Shown here in pieces: positions 1 to 7,596 of a DNA stretch of 26,907 bases. The stretch is from Archangium sp. (GTDB lineage Bacteria > Myxococcota > Myxococcia > Myxococcales > Myxococcaceae). Location: NCBI GenBank assembly GCA_031367385.1, contig JANLPS010000309.1, positions 1 to 26,907 on the forward strand. The letters run 5' to 3'. The notes below the pieces were generated by a model. The model saw only the letters and a program-made list of their open reading frames with translations, ran no database searches and was not told where the DNA came from. How positions within the stretch are numbered: position 1 is the stretch's first letter; every line of letters begins with the position of its first letter. The position numbers were made by a program, and so were the translations under genes.

Positions 1-208
1 CGCCATTGACGATGGGCGCGTCAGGCGCAAACCCGCAGACGCCGCCCTCTTTGAAGCGGCCAATCGTGCGGCCGTCTTGAAGCGAGAAGTCAAGCGTGCC
101 GAGGTCTCCCACGCGATACTGGCCTGTCAGCGCGCTCGGCGCGGCGGCGGCTTGCGTCGCGCACAACAGCCCACTCCACACGAGCAGTCTCAATCTGGGC
201 GTGCACAT
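1..208 (-). CDS. 5' part of a secreted hypothetical protein (runs off the window edge)
   Basis: Manual translation from ATG at 208: MCTPRLRLLVWSGLLCATQAAAAPSALTGQYRVGDLGTLDFSLQDGRTIGRFKEGGVCGFAPDAPIVNG. The frame stays open to position 1. The N-terminus has basic residues, a hydrophobic core and an AxA-type cleavage site. Not in the ORF track because there is no stop in the window. Confidence 0.7.
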   Translation of the reverse strand, partial: MCTPRLRLLVWSGLLCATQAAAAPSALTGQYRVGDLGTLDFSLQDGRTIGRFKEGGVCGFAPDAPIVNG

Positions 209-229
209 CGCGAAAGTGAAGATAGCACC

Positions 230-257
230 TTGAATTCGAAGGTCTCGCCCTTAAGAT
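230..257 (+). promoter_or_regulatory. Putative sigma70 promoter for the 6S RNA / cyclo-ligase transcript
   Basis: TTGAAT (230-235), a 16-nt spacer and TAAGAT (252-257) in a locally AT-richer stretch just upstream of the 6S RNA. Confidence 0.5.
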
Positions 258-283
258 CAGGCCCAAGGAGACTTCAACGGGCT

Positions 284-461
284 GTTCCCTGCGGAGTGCG
301 TGATTTTCAGCAAACACTCGAACCGATACAAATCCAAGGGAGCCTCTTCACGGTAATGGGTGCACGCCCTCCGCAAGGAAGGAAGCCGAAATTGCCGAAA
401 TTGGGTCCCACCTGAACCTTCCGGTTCAGTGAGTGCTGAACACACGGCTATGGCGGGGAAC
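284..461 (+). ncRNA. ssrS: 6S RNA
   Basis: About 180-nt self-complementary rod. GTTCCCTGC (284-292) pairs with GCGGGGAAC (453-461), and TTCAGCA (306-312) pairs with TGCTGAA (434-440). There is an A-rich central bubble and a 3'-bubble hairpin CTGAACC-ttcc-GGTTCAG (412-429) preceded by CCCAC, as in proteobacterial 6S RNAs. It lies directly upstream of a 5-formyl-THF cyclo-ligase, the classic ssrS-ygfA arrangement. Confidence 0.9.
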
Positions 462-986
462 TTTTTTCAGACGAAGCAAGCGGCAAGGCAGGCGGTGGAG
501 GGCGTTCGGAGGTCGCTGTCGCCTCAGCAGGTCAGTGAATGGGGCGGCGAGGTGCAACGGCATCTCGTCGCCCTTGGTTTTTGGGCCAGGGCTCGCCTCG
601 CGTCGAGCTACCAGGCCGAGGCGTTCGAGGTGCCGACCGACGCGCTCCCACGCCCGGGCCTCAGGGTCTGCTACCCGAAGGTCACCAAGGGCACCCGGCT
701 GCTCACCTTTCACGAGCTGGCTGACGATGGCCAGTGGTTGCCCGCGGCTGCGCTGGCGGAGATCGATGTGTGGGTGGTGCCGGGTGTGGCCTTCACCCGC
801 GATGGCCGGAGGCTGGGCCGCGGCGGTGGGTACTACGATGCCACCTTGGCCCACGCGCGCCCCGATGCGATCAAAGTGGGGCTCACCTTCGAGTGCTGCG
901 TGGTCGAGGGCTTTCCCACCGAGGGGCATGATCTCGGTGTCGATTGGGTCATTACAGAACGTGGGGCCAGCCGCGCATTGCGCTAG
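450..986 (+). CDS. ygfA: 5-formyltetrahydrofolate cyclo-ligase
   Basis: Signature VVPGVAFTRDGRRLGRGGGYYD, C-terminal HDLGVDWVITE, and N-terminal helix KQAARQ..RRSL. The start is placed at ATG 450 because the track start at 360 lies deep inside the 6S RNA. Confidence 0.9.
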   Translation: MAGNFFQTKQAARQAVEGVRRSLSPQQVSEWGGEVQRHLVALGFWARARLASSYQAEAFEVPTDALPRPGLRVCYPKVTKGTRLLTFHELADDGQWLPAAALAEIDVWVVPGVAFTRDGRRLGRGGGYYDATLAHARPDAIKVGLTFECCVVEGFPTEGHDLGVDWVITERGASRALR

Positions 987-998
987 AGTCTGAGGTCT

Positions 999-3722
999 GT
1001 GGCAACCGGGTCTGGCTCGACATCGGGGTCTCCATCGCTGGCGACCCTGACCATTCTGGGTCGGTTGCGGCACACGAAATACCTCTGGGCCTTCTCTTCG
1101 CTGGTGGTGCTGGCGGCGTTCATGTTCGCGGCCGAAGCCACGGTGGTGCGCACGGTGGCGATGGCGGGCGATATCGGCTTGGAGCTCCAGCACAGCCCTG
1201 ACTCCGTTGGCACGGTGGCGACGATCAATTCGGCGCAGTGGCCGACGCTGCGGCCCGGAGACCAGACCGTGTCGATCAACGGCCTCCCGACCGACGGTGT
1301 GAACTTCTTCGACGTGAGCACCGCGATACCACCAGGGCCGGTCAAGGTTCGGGTCAGGCGCGGCGACCAACTCATCGACGCCGAGGCGCTGCTCGGGCCG
1401 CCCCGGCTGATGACGCTGATGTCGATCGCCATTCGGTGGATCACCGGCGCCCTGATTTACCTGCTGGGTCTGGGCGCGTTCGTGCTGCGGCCGGGCGCCC
1501 GAGTCAGCTGGGTCTTCGCGCTCTTCACCTTCAACCTGGGCTCACTGTTGATGATCACCGACGGGTTTCCCGTCGAGGGTACGCTGTTCTATTCGATGTA
1601 CACGACGTTTTTCTCATTCGCGCCCGTGCTGGGCCTGCACTTCTTCACGCTCTTTCCCAAAGAGAGCCCGACGCTGACTCGGGTGGTGAAGCCGATGTAC
1701 GTCTTCTTCGCCCTGCTCTCAGCCGTGCGAATCGGGCTGGCAGTCGCAGGGGGGAGCGACTCGCTGCTGACCTCATTCGACATCGTCGGCCGGGTGATGG
1801 CAGTGGCAATCGTGCTCGCGGTGTTGGTGCACCTGATTCGCAACTGGAGGCTCGATGTGAAGGCCAACAACGAGCGGGCGATCAGCATGTCGCGTACCCT
1901 GATGATCGCGGCCTTGCTCGGGTTGACGGCGCCATTGGTGATCAACACCATGGTACGCATTCTGAAGTGGGACGGCGGCATTGCCCATCAGACCTCGGCC
2001 GGCATGGTGCTGATCTTCGCGGTGCTGACCACCACCGTGCTGGTGCGGCACAACCCGCTGGAGATCGACCGCTACTCGGCGTCGGTTGTCGGGTACGTGA
2101 CGACCCTCGGGCTCTTCGGCGCGCTGTTCGCGATTCTGCTGCTGACCATACCCTTCGGGTTGCGGCGGCTGGGGCTGGGAGATCGCCCCGAAGCCTGGGT
2201 GGTGCTCACCGCGGGCATCGTGTTCTCGATTGGCCCGACCTCCAAGCGGCTGCGCAAGGTGGTCGACCGCTGGTTCTCGCGGGAGCGTGCCGATGCGCTG
2301 CAGACCTCGGCGGTGTTGCGCCGAACCTCCGACGCCGTTCAGCGCGAGGGCCGCGACGCAGCGCTGAAGATCATCATCGAGGCCGCCACGTTGATCGGCC
2401 CCGAGTTCGTCGGGCTCTGGCAGGTCGACCCTTCTGGCCGAAATTTTCACCGGTTGATGACCAACATCGAGCAGCCAGCCGGCGAGCCGTTGACGCGTAC
2501 CGCAGCACTGGCGTCTTCGCTCGAAGTGGCGGGCGGCGTCAGCTCGCTGAGCCCGCAGGCGCAGACCCCCGAGACGCAAGACATTCTGTGGCAGCTGGGG
2601 CTGGCGATGGTCGCCCCGGCGCGCTCGCACGGTGTGGTGGTCGGGTTTCTGGGGGTCGGTCGTCGCAAGTCGGGGTTTTCGTACACCGCCGAAGACCTGG
2701 CCTACCTGGAGATGCTCGGCTCGCAGGCCGGCTCTGCCCTCGAGCGCAGCGAGGTCGTCACGCAGATCGGGCGCTACCGCATCGAGAAGCGCCTGGCCTC
2801 GGGCGGCATGGCCGAGGTCTTCGTGGCGTGGCAGCTGGGGGCGGGCGGCTTCGAGCGCAAGGTCGCGTTGAAGCGCTTGCTGCCCGAGTTGGCCGAGAAC
2901 CCCGCGTCGGCTGCCGGGCTGCTCGACGAGGCCCGAATCACCGCGCGACTGCAGCACCGCAACATCGCTCAGGTTTTCGAGGTCGGTCTCGAGGGCGGCC
3001 AGCATTTCATCGCGATGGAGCTGGTCGATGGGCCACCGTTGCGCAGCCTGATGGCGTCGCAAAAGCGGGTCTCGGTGCAGACACCGCTGCCGGTCGCCTT
3101 GATGATTTCGCGCTCGCTGCTCTCGGCGCTGCAACACGCCCACGACCTGAAAGATCAACACGGCGCACCGCTCAATGTGGTGCACCGCGATGTGACGCCG
3201 GCCAACGTCTTGGTCTCTCGCAACGGAGAGCCCAAGCTGATCGACTTCGGCCTGGTCTTAGCGACCTCGCGGCTGTTTCGAACCGAGACCGGCATCGCCC
3301 GCGGCACGATGCCCTTCATGAGCCCCGAGCAGGCGACGCACACCGCCATCGATCGAAGGGCCGATGTCTTCAGCGCGGCGGCCACGCTCTACGAGCTCTT
3401 CACCGGAGCGCGGGCCTTCGTCGAGGGGCCTTTCGGGCCCAAGCCGGCCCTGCCCAGCTCCGTTCGGCACGATCTGCCGCCCGCCGTCGATGACGTGTTT
3501 CACAAAGCCTACGCGGCGAAACCCGATGATCGGTTCGAGAGCGCGGCCGCCTTCGCCGAGGCGCTCAGCCGGGCCTGCGGTGTCGAGCCAGCGACCGAGG
3601 CGGTGATGGCGGCCTGGGTGCAGGCCCATTCTGATGCGCCCCCGCCAGTGGTTGCGCTCGAAGAAACGCGCAGCGCGGTCGTGCCCACCGGCGGCGCCTC
3701 AGACACGCAGACCAAGCGCTGA
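999..3722 (+). CDS. Multi-pass membrane Ser/Thr (Hanks-type) protein kinase with PDZ-like and GAF-like domains
   Basis: C-terminal kinase motifs: LASGGMAEV, VALKRL, HRDVTPANVL, DFG, GTMPFMSPEQ, DVFS. PDZ-like LRPGDQTVSINGLP follows the first TM. About 10 hydrophobic segments in total. GAF-like VAPARSHGVVVGFLGVGRRKSGFSYTAEDLAYLEML. GAGG precedes the GTG start. Confidence 0.9.
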   Translation: MATGSGSTSGSPSLATLTILGRLRHTKYLWAFSSLVVLAAFMFAAEATVVRTVAMAGDIGLELQHSPDSVGTVATINSAQWPTLRPGDQTVSINGLPTDGVNFFDVSTAIPPGPVKVRVRRGDQLIDAEALLGPPRLMTLMSIAIRWITGALIYLLGLGAFVLRPGARVSWVFALFTFNLGSLLMITDGFPVEGTLFYSMYTTFFSFAPVLGLHFFTLFPKESPTLTRVVKPMYVFFALLSAVRIGLAVAGGSDSLLTSFDIVGRVMAVAIVLAVLVHLIRNWRLDVKANNERAISMSRTLMIAALLGLTAPLVINTMVRILKWDGGIAHQTSAGMVLIFAVLTTTVLVRHNPLEIDRYSASVVGYVTTLGLFGALFAILLLTIPFGLRRLGLGDRPEAWVVLTAGIVFSIGPTSKRLRKVVDRWFSRERADALQTSAVLRRTSDAVQREGRDAALKIIIEAATLIGPEFVGLWQVDPSGRNFHRLMTNIEQPAGEPLTRTAALASSLEVAGGVSSLSPQAQTPETQDILWQLGLAMVAPARSHGVVVGFLGVGRRKSGFSYTAEDLAYLEMLGSQAGSALERSEVVTQIGRYRIEKRLASGGMAEVFVAWQLGAGGFERKVALKRLLPELAENPASAAGLLDEARITARLQHRNIAQVFEVGLEGGQHFIAMELVDGPPLRSLMASQKRVSVQTPLPVALMISRSLLSALQHAHDLKDQHGAPLNVVHRDVTPANVLVSRNGEPKLIDFGLVLATSRLFRTETGIARGTMPFMSPEQATHTAIDRRADVFSAAATLYELFTGARAFVEGPFGPKPALPSSVRHDLPPAVDDVFHKAYAAKPDDRFESAAAFAEALSRACGVEPATEAVMAAWVQAHSDAPPPVVALEETRSAVVPTGGASDTQTKR

Positions 3723-3788
3723 AGTCGCGTTCTCGCGGCTCTCGAGGGTCGTGCTAGAAACCGAAGGGTCGCGCCTGCCGGAGACTCG

Positions 3789-4334
3789 ATGAGCAAAGCC
3801 CCTTACACGACCTACGCGAGCTCGGTGGTGATGCTCGCGGGCATCGTCACCAGCCGCATGAACAAGAAGTCCATCGGCAAAGCCCGCCCTCGCTTGTTGG
3901 CGCTGCAAGAGCCCGCCGGGCCGAGTACGCAGGGAGGCCGCGCTGCCAGACAATCACTGCTGTTGGTGGCTGACCGCGAATCGGCGGTGTGCGGCTGGGT
4001 CGATTTCGTCGAGCAGGCGTGGGACCTGAAGAACTATGACGCGATGGCCGCGCGGTACCAAGCGCGCTTCGACAAGGCGTTCGATTTGACCCGCGCCGAG
4101 TATGACTCGTTCACCAAGAACCTGACCCTGGTCTTCAAGGAGCTCAAGCTCAAGCAAGCCATCGGAGACAACGACCCGTCAGTCGAGACCACTGAAGAGC
4201 ACGCGGTCACCGGCTCGGGGGTGGTGCTGTACCCGCCGGTGCCCACCGGCATACCGACCGGCGTGGTGGCGCTGATCATCGCCCTCACCGTCGCGTTGGG
4301 CGTGGTCGCAGTGCTGCTGTACCAGCGCTCTTGA
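3789..4334 (+). CDS. Hypothetical protein with a single C-terminal membrane anchor
   Basis: GGAG RBS before the ATG, GC3-rich codons, C-terminal hydrophobic helix VVALIIALTVALGVVAVLLY, and no signal peptide. Confidence 0.75.
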   Translation: MSKAPYTTYASSVVMLAGIVTSRMNKKSIGKARPRLLALQEPAGPSTQGGRAARQSLLLVADRESAVCGWVDFVEQAWDLKNYDAMAARYQARFDKAFDLTRAEYDSFTKNLTLVFKELKLKQAIGDNDPSVETTEEHAVTGSGVVLYPPVPTGIPTGVVALIIALTVALGVVAVLLYQRS

Positions 4335-4338
4335 TGGC

Positions 4339-5283
4339 TTACTGGCTGACGCTGGCGAAGACCCAGGTGAACACGCCGTCTCCGTCACCCGGCAAGCGCG
4401 TCGCTCTGACGACCGTCGCCAGACACGCGTCGAAGCGGTAGTCGGCCGCGGGAGTGCTGAGATCAGTGCCATTCGCGGTGACCCACGCCTGGGTGACCGC
4501 ACCGCTGACGGCACGAAAGCGAAAGGTCTTGCTGCCGCCCAACCCCGCCCGCCGGGTTCGGGCTTCGTCCCAGCAGGCGCTGACGGCGGGTTGCTTCAAG
4601 GTGAGCGCTTCGTGGGTCGTGTTGAGGTCGAGCGCGCCCAGCGATGAGGTCTTGGGGGTCGCGTAGAATGAGACGTCTCCCGCGGCGAGAGGTGCCGCAG
4701 TGGTGTCGTCGAAGGTGAGCGTGAAGGCGCGGGTCGAAGGCCAGGTCGTCGCCGACAGCACGGCTTCGAGGCATCGCTCTGAGTCGGTCAACGCGAGGGG
4801 TATGGTTTTGACGGCCAGGCCAGAGACCTCGAAGCGGGTCGAGGGTCGCGGCGCGCCCAAGGTCAGGCACGCGCGGGCCAACGGTGCGGGGTCGACGAGG
4901 CCACGCTCGGCGCCGTAGCGGGCGCTCGAGAGCAACTTGACCCAGGCGAGCACGACGAAGCCCGGCACCGGAGCGCTCGGCGGGCGAACGGTGATGGTCT
5001 GGGTCGGCCGCGGTGACCAAACGACTGTGGTGGCGATCTCTCGCAGGCAGCGGGCGGTCGAGTTGGTCGCTCCGTCATGAACATCGAACATCACGTCGGC
5101 GGGCTGAAAGACCAGGTCGACCGAGCCGGTCGAGTCGGCCGGCCAGCAGACACCGAAGAGCGACTCGGGAGGCAGCGCGGTCGCCACCGGGGCGGTGTTG
5201 GTGAATTTGGCTCCGCCCTGCGCCGCGGTGTCGGTGGTCGCGCAGGCGGCGAGGAGAACGAGGAGCAGGAGCGCAGATTTCAC
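4339..5283 (-). CDS. Lipoprotein with AgmX/PglI-like (TonB-C-like) Cys-paired domain(s)
   Basis: Lipobox LLAAC after MKSALLLLVL. The C-terminal unit VSACWDEARTRRAGLGGSKTFRF...FDACLATVVRATRLP resembles myxobacterial AgmX/PglI C-terminal domains. The start overlaps the pdhC stop (GTGA). Confidence 0.7.
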   Translation of the reverse strand: MKSALLLLVLLAACATTDTAAQGGAKFTNTAPVATALPPESLFGVCWPADSTGSVDLVFQPADVMFDVHDGATNSTARCLREIATTVVWSPRPTQTITVRPPSAPVPGFVVLAWVKLLSSARYGAERGLVDPAPLARACLTLGAPRPSTRFEVSGLAVKTIPLALTDSERCLEAVLSATTWPSTRAFTLTFDDTTAAPLAAGDVSFYATPKTSSLGALDLNTTHEALTLKQPAVSACWDEARTRRAGLGGSKTFRFRAVSGAVTQAWVTANGTDLSTPAADYRFDACLATVVRATRLPGDGDGVFTWVFASVSQ

Positions 5284-6593
5284 AGCAACAACCGCAGCGG
5301 GTGCTCGAGGAGCGACCGCAGCTCTTGCAGAAACTGCGCGCCAACCGCTCCATCGATGACCCGGTGGTCACCCGACAACGTCATGCTCATCATCTGGCGA
5401 ATCACCATCTCGCCGTCGCGCACGACGACCTTGGGCTCGACCTTGCCGACCGCCAAGATCGCCGCCTGTGGAGGGTTGATCACGGCGATGAACGAGTCGA
5501 TGCCGAACATGCCGAGGTTCGACACGGTGATCGACCCTCCGGTGTATTCGTCAGGCTTGAGCGACTTCTTCTTCGCGCGCTCAGCAAGCTCTCTGACCTC
5601 TTGGCCGATTTCAGCGATGCCCTTCTGGTCTGCGTCTTTGACGATCGGCGTGATGAGCCCGTCTTCGATCGCCACCGCGACCCCGACATCGACATTTTGC
5701 AGCTGCTGAATCACGTCACCCGCGAACACCTGATTGATGCGGGGGAAACGCCGAACCGCCATCGCCGTCGCCTTGACGATGATGTCGTTGACCGAGATTC
5801 GCAGCTCCTGCGCTTTGGCTTCTTCGCGGAGCTTCAGCGCCTGGTCCATCTCCAGGTCGACGGTCAGATAAAAGTGCGGCACGCCCGGCTTCACTTCACC
5901 CAGCCGCTGCGCGATCACCTTGCGCATGCTGGTCACCGGCATGGAGGTCGGAGCCACCCGCCCACCCGGAGCGCGCGGCGTGATCTTGCCCGGGGCTGAG
6001 CCAGGTTTTGCGCTCGCTGGGGGCTTGTTCATTGCCGCTTCGATGTCGCGCTTGACGATGCGCCCCGAGGGGCCCGAGCCCTGCACCGAGCCCAGGTCGA
6101 TGTGCTGCGTCTCGGCGATCTTCTTGGCCAATGGAGAGACCCTGACCCGGCCGTCTCCATTCGACTCGACGGCGGGCGGCACCGGCTTCGCGACCGGCGC
6201 GGGGGCCGAAGCCGCTGCCGGCATTGGCGCGGTCGGGCTCGGGGCCGACGCAGCAGGCTTCGGTTCGGCGGCTTTCGCAACCTCGGCAGGTTTCGCTTCG
6301 GCCTTCGCCGCAGGCGCAGCCTCTGGGGCGGCACCACCCTCGGGGGCCTTCTCGCCAGCCTTGCCAATCCACCCGATGTTCGAGCCCACCGGCGCGGAGT
6401 CACCCTCCTTGACGAGGATCTTGATCAAGATGCCATCGTCGTACGCCTCGATGGCGAGGTTCGACTTGTCGGTCTCGACCTCGGCGATCTCGTCGCCCGT
6501 CGATACCTTGTCGCCCTCTTTTTTGAACCACTTCGTGATGCGCCCGTCCTTCATCGTCGGGGAGAGCGCCGGGAGTTGAACCGGTACGGCCAT
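5280..6593 (-). CDS. pdhC: Pyruvate dehydrogenase E2, dihydrolipoamide acetyltransferase
   Basis: One lipoyl domain (LPALSPTM...EVETDKS), an Ala/Pro linker, a peripheral-subunit-binding domain (SPLAKKIA...GSGPSGRIVKRDI) and the catalytic DHRVIDG motif. Confidence 0.96.
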   Translation of the reverse strand: MAVPVQLPALSPTMKDGRITKWFKKEGDKVSTGDEIAEVETDKSNLAIEAYDDGILIKILVKEGDSAPVGSNIGWIGKAGEKAPEGGAAPEAAPAAKAEAKPAEVAKAAEPKPAASAPSPTAPMPAAASAPAPVAKPVPPAVESNGDGRVRVSPLAKKIAETQHIDLGSVQGSGPSGRIVKRDIEAAMNKPPASAKPGSAPGKITPRAPGGRVAPTSMPVTSMRKVIAQRLGEVKPGVPHFYLTVDLEMDQALKLREEAKAQELRISVNDIIVKATAMAVRRFPRINQVFAGDVIQQLQNVDVGVAVAIEDGLITPIVKDADQKGIAEIGQEVRELAERAKKKSLKPDEYTGGSITVSNLGMFGIDSFIAVINPPQAAILAVGKVEPKVVVRDGEMVIRQMMSMTLSGDHRVIDGAVGAQFLQELRSLLEHPLRLLL

Positions 6594-6612
6594 GGCAAGA
6601 CCTCGAGCTTTG

Positions 6613-7593
6613 TTATTTGTAGAGAACTTGATTGACCGCTTCGATGACCCGCTCGGTCGACGGCTGTATGGCCCGCTCGAGGTTCGCGGCGTAGGCCATG
6701 TTCACATCGAGCCCATGAACGCGGAGCACCGGCGCGTCGAGATCATCGAAGCACTCGCGCTGAATGAAGTCGGCGATCTGGGCGCCCACTCCGGCGAAGC
6801 CCCAGCCTTCTTCGACGATGACTACCCGGTTGGTCTTCTTCACCGACGCGGCGATGGCTTCGAGGTCGAGCGGCTTGATGCTGCGCAAGTCGAGCACCTC
6901 GGCCGAGACGCCCTTCTCTGCCAACGCCTGGGCCGCTGGCAACACGCACGAGGTCAACATGCGCGACCAGGTGATGATGGTCACGTCAGAGCCGGCCAGC
7001 TTCACGTCGGCCTTGCCGATGGGCACCAGGTGCTCACCTTCTGGCACTTCGCCCTTGAGGCCATAGAGCAGCTCGCCCTCGATGAAGACCACCGGGTTCT
7101 CGTCGCGAATCGCCGACTTGAGCAACCCCTTCGCGTCAGCCGGAGTCGCCGGCGCCACCACCTTGAGCCCCGGGAAATGCGCGTAGTTCGCCTCGAGCGC
7201 CTGCGAGTGCTGCGACGAGAGCCGGCCGCCTGCGCCGCCAGGGCCGCGAAAGACGATTGGGCACCGCAGCTGGCCGCCCGACATGTGCCGTATCTTCGCG
7301 GCGTTGTTGACGATCTGGTCCATCGCCAAGATCGCAAAGTTCCACGTCATCATTTCGATGACCGGCCGCAGGCCTACCATCGCCGAGCCGATGCCCAGGC
7401 CCGCGAAGCCCAGCTCTGAGATCGGCGCGTCGACCACCCGCGCGCTGCCGTACTTCTCGAGCAACCCCTGCGAGACCTTGTACGCGCCGTTGTAGCGGGC
7501 GACCTCTTCGCCCATCAGGTACACGCGCGGGTCACGGCCCATCTCTTCGTCGAGGGCCTCTTTGAGTGCGTCACGGTATGCGAGCTCGGGCAT
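6613..7593 (-). CDS. pdhB: Pyruvate dehydrogenase E1 beta subunit
   Basis: MGEEVARYNGAYKVSQGLL, DAPISELGFAG, PIVFRGP, QHSQ, VVIVEEGW, FDDLDAPV. Located between the E1 alpha and E2 genes. Confidence 0.96.
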   Translation of the reverse strand: MPELAYRDALKEALDEEMGRDPRVYLMGEEVARYNGAYKVSQGLLEKYGSARVVDAPISELGFAGLGIGSAMVGLRPVIEMMTWNFAILAMDQIVNNAAKIRHMSGGQLRCPIVFRGPGGAGGRLSSQHSQALEANYAHFPGLKVVAPATPADAKGLLKSAIRDENPVVFIEGELLYGLKGEVPEGEHLVPIGKADVKLAGSDVTIITWSRMLTSCVLPAAQALAEKGVSAEVLDLRSIKPLDLEAIAASVKKTNRVVIVEEGWGFAGVGAQIADFIQRECFDDLDAPVLRVHGLDVNMAYAANLERAIQPSTERVIEAVNQVLYK

Positions 7594-7596
7594 GAC

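Noticed and set aside
77..445. Short ORFs (77-415, 90-317, 257-445) and the 360 start for the cyclo-ligase
   Set aside because: They overlap the 6S RNA and its promoter and have no protein-like features.
1238..3493. 751-aa alternative-frame ORF and 470-aa antisense ORF over the kinase
   Set aside because: Arg/Ala/Gly-rich low-information translations. These are the shadow ORFs expected from high GC3 codon bias over a real gene.
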